A DNA stretch of 39,220 bases, filler included, from Cladosporium halotolerans (Eukaryota), in the NCBI RefSeq assembly GCF_011745625.1. It is 2 parts of 2 records of this genome, joined end to end, with 100 filler letters (N's around TTAATTAATTAA, not from the genome) between each part and the next. Parts side by side here need not be neighbours in the genome. Positions count along the whole stretch, not along the records: positions 19,735 to 39,220 come from NW_027191549.1; 1 more part is not named here. One strand, 5' to 3'. The notes below the pieces were generated by a model, which was not told where the DNA came from, did no database searches, and worked only from the letters and a program-made list of their open reading frames with translations. Positions 34,180 through 39,220 of this stretch are shown piece after piece (the stretch's first letter is position 1; every line of letters starts with the position of its first letter). A program made the position numbers and the translations under genes.

Positions 34180-36717
34180 CTATTCTACTGCTTTTGCTTT
34201 CTTCTTCTTCTTCGTCGGAAGGCTCTGTACGTCATTCGATATCTGCAGCGTCCGGGTATTGCCGCCATCGACGGTGATGGATTCCTTCTCAATATCAAAT
34301 GCAAGTGTATCGGTAGTCATCTGTTCTCCGCTTGATGATGGCGGCCATTCTGTCTTTACTTCCTCCGGACTCGACTGCTGATCCCCGACCATGTCTCTCA
34401 CCCTGTTGCGTAACTTGGCATCTCCAACGTCAGTTAGATGAAACGACGCTTCTTCTTCGTCCCGATCGAAAGCTGCAGCGCAGGGCTGACTTTTCCCTGC
34501 TTTGTTGGCAAAAGAGCGTAAATGACAGTGTGACATTATGCAGTAAGTCACTTACTCAGAGACCGAAAGCTCACGTGTTTCCTGCATGTCTCCAGCCCCA
34601 ATTCGAGTATTTGTATGGTTCTTGTCAGGGAATTGCGTTGGTCGGTGTTGATCGCCGGCTCTTTGGCGATCCTGTCGATCTCGAAGGCTTCCATCTCGAG
34701 AATTTTGGCAGGAGTCAAGATATCAGGAAGTGGTTTGATCAAAAGGTCTTCCCAGCACTGAGTGGCGACGTTATCAACGACGTTCTTCATTGCAACCTAT
34801 AATCAGATAAGTAATTGAAGGAGATATCAAACGAGAAGTAGAGCCTACTCTGTAGAATGCAAGCATGCAATCGACCGCTTCTCCACAAGCGTAACGGTCC
34901 ATGTCAACCTCGTTCTTTGCTGAAAGTGCGGATATCAAACTCGACTTCTTCAGCTTTGTGAAGTTGAGTTCCTCTAAAGCTTCGCCATCACGAAGGTGGA
35001 GGAAATTACGTAGCTTTTGTGTCAGATCGTCTTCCATCCTCTTGGTTCTCACATTCTGAATGGTCTCTGTAAAATAGTGATTGTAAGTTATGGGGTGTCC
35101 TGATTTGTACTGGTCGAGAATTGAGTCGACTTTGGCACACATGTTGACAAGTCGCTGTTGCAAGTCCGGATCGACGAGCTCGCGCATGATAAGTTCAGCC
35201 GTTTGCTCTTGCGTAAGATGGTTAAATGCTGATTCTAGAAAATCTCTTGCAGCACTCCATATGTTTTCGACAAATTGAAGGGCGATGGATCTCCATGGTG
35301 TACACTGCTCATGGAACAGGTCGGCAATGAGCATAGGATTGAAAGTCCCCGGTATCTCTCTACCTCTGCTTCTAATCAGAAGAGATTTGGCGTGCTCGAG
35401 GTATTGATTGCGACTCATGTGTGTGGGCCCCGACGCCCGTGGCAGGGCGTTGGCGTCGTGTTGCGAGGCAATCTGATAGCGGTGACCGCGGGTACGCATC
35501 GTTTCCGCGAATTCTAGTCCCAAATTCTGCACAGATGCCCTGACCCTGCGGCCGTACCCATCCCCTGAAAGAGGGTCGCCGAAGAAGGAGTCTCCGTATA
35601 CACCATCGATCGCTGCGCGTGCAAGATGCTGATAGCTTTGAGCTAGGTGCAGAAGAAAGCTTCGTTGTTCACTTGTAGTCTGACGCTTTTGGCCTAGCTT
35701 CCGAACTTCTGTGCGGCAATTGGACAATTTTAGTTCGATATCCATGATAAGATCTGGTAATTCGTGCTTGATCTGGCCCAGTAGGACTTTGCTGAGACGC
35801 GACCTAAGACTCGCCACTCCCACAACTGCTCTCGGCAGCTGACTCCACGCCCCTTGGCTGAGGAAGGCGGTCTCGCTTTGGTCTCGATGCTCCGAAGAGA
35901 CATGCCGAGAATCGTAATCTCGGTTCTTCAAAACATGCCACCCAAGATCAAACGAAACGTCCTCATTTCTCGCAAGACTGACGAACTCCGATTCACTGTC
36001 AGAGCCCGCAGAGAGTGTGTCCGGTTTTGTGACGATCCCCAGCGTGCGTAGGCCGTGCGGGTCAGCCTGCCGTGCCATCTTGAGCACGATTTGGTTGGCG
36101 TAGTCATTTTTAGCAGAGACGATGGCCAGTATGATTGACCTGCGACTTGTCATGTATCGCTGTACTAGCGACCGTACGAGCTCGATGTCTTCGGCGGACT
36201 GGAACTTGTTGTGCGAATGTATGAGCCCTGGCAGATCAACGATAGTCAAATGCGGTCGGTCAGGTCCGGAGATGTCGATGCGTAAGACGTCGTCTGTAAA
36301 TGCACTGCCGCCGTCCACGACACCCATAGTCGTCTTTGCCTCCTCGAGGACCTCCGCAAAAGCTGTGAGATCGGTCAACATCATGTTGAACTGTTGCAAC
36401 TTCTGTGTTTCAGTCGGTTTTCTCCCGGGACCGGGCGTGATGGTGACCGAGACTTGATCGGCCGATGTTCGTCTGAGGACAACCTCTGTGGCAAACCGAG
36501 TACATAAGTTGTCTTTTGTCGGGAACGGGATCCCGGAGATGGCTTCCAAAACCGAGCTCTTACCGGAGGATTGGTCGCCGCAAACAACCAGCTGAGGTAG
36601 TGCAACTAAGTGACTAACACCGTGGGACCGTAGTTTGTCAATGTCATCGAGTAATCGGACGTCAGAAGGATGGTGGATCGGTTGTAGAATCGTCTTTGTC
36701 TCTGTTGTCCTCTCCAT
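34180..36717 (-). CDS. Mx-like dynamin-family GTPase with GED and a spliced C-terminal tail
   Basis: Motifs LPQLVVCGDQSSGKSSVLEA, CTRFAT, IVDLPGL, IVTKPD, LGWHVLKNR, RGREIPGTFNP, TYNHYF. Intron 34797-34848 leads to the GED (VAMKNVVDNVATQ). Intron about 34497-34555 (GTAAGT) joins in frame to a tail ending KKKKKAKAVE*. Confidence 0.92.
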
Positions 36718-38506
36718 TGCGAGACTTGGTGTGGGAGGTGATGGATGAAGAGTTATCGAAGACTTTTGACAGAAGACGACTGGAGTCTCGTACTTGTATC
36801 GTCCGTTTCGAATTTCGCTGATAGTGTCAGTGCGTGGAAGTTTTGACCGATCAGAAGTGCTCTAGCGGCATCTGCGAGAGGACCAATCGACATCGACAGC
36901 CTGTTCCAGAACTTACGATGAGGCATATAAAGTACTTAGATGCGATCATAGGGTTCTCGACCAAAGTCACCAATGAGTCATCAAATCTGCTGCCCGTTGA
37001 CTAGGAGCTCACCAAGCCAATCACTCTGATGCGAAGCTTCAGTGCCCGCGAAATCCTGAATACGACCTCTAATCCCAGGGCTGTCCTGAACACTGTAAGC
37101 TCGTGGTGTGAACAATGTTGGTTCAGATTGTCAACTACATGCTGCAATGTTCAGAGTCGCACGCCCCAATTGCGGGGCGTACGGTCCTCTCGCAGAGCCA
37201 TCAGCAATCTGATCGTAAAATCTCTTCGGCCAGCCATGGAAGCGCTCCGATTTGGGTTCGTGAAGCTATCCCGTGGCTGAGTGTGACTTCCCTGGAGACC
37301 CGTGTTGGATTGGGCGTGAAGGCATGGCCAATGCATCACCTTATCATTCCACCATATATATCTAGGGGCGTTCTAGTGCAATGAAGCAGGTTGTTTTAAT
37401 TGGGGTGCTCAAAGCACTATACCGTACGGCATTTTAGCGCGCGGAGATCGTGGAAGACTTTCTGCATCAGATGGGAGGCAAGATGTGAATGCCAAGGATT
37501 CAAGCGGCTCGGTATTATATGTGTCTTAGCAGGGATTAGAACGGCAAGGGACGGGTACACGCGGGCCGTGTAAGCGAAATTGGGAGACGCCGACACGCTG
37601 GCCGCTGACTTGCTAAGCAAAGAAATCAAAGTCGATGCGTATGAGCATAGGTGATCGAGGCGCAAGCCTCCGCCACGGCTTCCGCTTGCTTCTGGATCGT
37701 CTTGGATCGAGCGCATCATGACTTGGGTGCTCGGCGGACTGACTTGCTCGAGATGCTTGTGCCTTCTTCGTCTCTCTGTGACGGGCTTTGTCTGTTAGTC
37801 GAAAGCTCCAGGTCAGTTCCGCAATGAGGCCAAGTCAATGTTCTTGCCGCTGATGGATTAGTCGATTGAACTACACTCTCTCTGCGCTGACGCGCTGTGC
37901 ATCTGCGACTTACGGCTTGCAGTTTGGTACGACAAGCAAGCTGACCCTGTACGCTAAGTCTATCACAGCATCAGAACATCAGCAGTGCTGTAGCACTTTT
38001 CAGCAAGGCGAGCTGCAGTCGTACTTAAGTCACGCAGTGCTCTTATTGACATGACGATGTAAATAAGCAAAGGGAAGCAATATTCGGCCGAAAATGTCAG
38101 TAGACTGAGCTTTCGGGGTCGCGTCGTGGCGGTAGGAAGTCGTGGCAAGGATGGCCGCGGAGCCAATCTCTATTGACAGCCATTCAATCATGCAGCGTGT
38201 CATCCCCGTTATCGCTCGGTTCGGTCCTTGTTGCGGACCGATCCGTCAACTCCCCTCAAGAGCTCAGTACACGATCGTGACACGTTACGCCGGATGCAAG
38301 ACACGGCCAAACGTGACGCACGTATCGATCATGTCATCAGGACAAAGAAGCTTCATGTTACTTGTGTTGTCCAGTGGCAATCCCAAGCTTTCTCGTAGTG
38401 ACACTTCCAGGACGCACTCGATCGCCTCAACAGCCTTCAAAGGCTTTGGCAGTAAGAGACGGGCGAGTCTCCGTCTGGCCCTCAATGTGGCTTCTCTTTT
38501 GCTACA

Positions 38507-39121
38507 TCATTGGTCTGGTTTCGCGGGCACCTTCTTGCATACTTTGGCAGATGCGGTCAGATTTCCTTGAGCCAGTGGGCCACTTTCTGTAAAACCCTCC
38601 ATTAGAACCTCCCATGTGGAGGGGTTTCCATTCTTCTTGATGGGAACTTTTTCCTGCCCGGTGTTGCAAATCTGTCCGCCATTCTCTCGTGTGATATCAA
38701 TAGCGGTGACGGCGTGTCCTTCCTCTAGCTCGTCTTGGTACTCTTGTTTGATGGCTTCAAAAAGGCTTTCGTGTGTTCTAATTCCGCTCAAGGGTATGAG
38801 ACCGATCATCCGCTTTGATTCTCCAATGTACAATTTTAGCCATCTAGTCAGCCCAGACGCGGTCGGTGCGTTGTTTGCAAAAGGTGACAAAGTCGCTAGG
38901 TGATTTGCGACATCGTTCCTCTGTTGAAGTAGGACATCCTCAACACGTCTCTCATCTGTACCGAAAGGTTGCTGAACGTGTGTGCCCGACTTTGGTGATC
39001 CCGGACAACTGCCGCAATCTACGTTCGGTGAGCCTGCGGAATTTTGAGACGCCTTAGATGACCCGGATTGCTTTCCGAATAGTTCCAAATCCCCAAGCAT
39101 TGCGATTTGAAAGGTCTGCGG
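38507..39121 (-). pseudogene. 3' portion of a hypothetical gene cut off by the terminal repeat element
   Basis: About 200 open codons with a globular-looking C-terminus (WLKLYIGESKRMIGLIPL...ESLFEAIKQEY). The upstream frame runs into the (GCTT)n element. Confidence 0.45.
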
Positions 39122-39220
39122 CAGTGGTGTCCACAAGCAAGCAAGCGCCGTGCTTGAGGTCCGTCCGCTTGCTTGCTTGATATGCGGTATTGTGCTTGCT
39201 TGCTTGCTTGAATAGACCGA
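39122..39220. mobile_element. Probable DNA-transposon terminus (hAT-like) with (GCTT)n subterminal repeats
   Basis: Starts CAGTGGTGTCCAC. Perfect 14-bp inverted repeat at 39134-39147 and 39166-39179, with a further GCTT array near the window edge. Confidence 0.5.

Noticed and set aside
37029..38485. Short ORFs upstream of the dynamin gene
   Set aside because: No recognisable domain or coherent gene model.
39134..39220. (GCTT)n and similar arrays as CRISPR or telomeric repeats
   Set aside because: Eukaryotic context, no repeat-spacer periodicity and not TTAGGG; better explained as transposon subterminal repeats.
19735..39220. Calling the block a Starship element
   Set aside because: No tyrosine-recombinase captain or element boundary is visible in the window.

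Overview
Eukaryotic, filamentous-ascomycete DNA: genes carry short GT-AG introns with CTRAC branch sites, so most ORF-track entries are partial exons or antisense shadows. The window is two contigs joined by an artificial N-TTAATTAATTAA-N linker (19635-19734). The left contig looks like core genome: a disrupted Cys-repeat gene, GDT1, phenolic acid decarboxylase with a divergent DUF3237 gene, a single-pass membrane protein, Trk K+ transporter, GST-like protein, F-box protein, PARP, a DUF6914-like gene and an APH-type kinase. The right contig (about 19.3 kb) looks accessory and is bounded by related transposon-like termini (CAGTnnTGTCCA). It packs genes whose families are linked to nucleic-acid attack or antiviral defence: IFI6/IFI27-like membrane protein, zinc-finger CDIN1/TPD-type PD-(D/E)xK nuclease, GRF zinc finger, BTB pseudogene, F-box-like protein, an OTT_1508-type deaminase directly downstream of a co-oriented dsRNA-binding-domain gene, and an Mx-like dynamin. 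The top hypothesis is a fungal innate-immunity island containing a split ADAR-like (dsRBD + deaminase) module. All family calls are by-eye motif recognition; no database searches were run.
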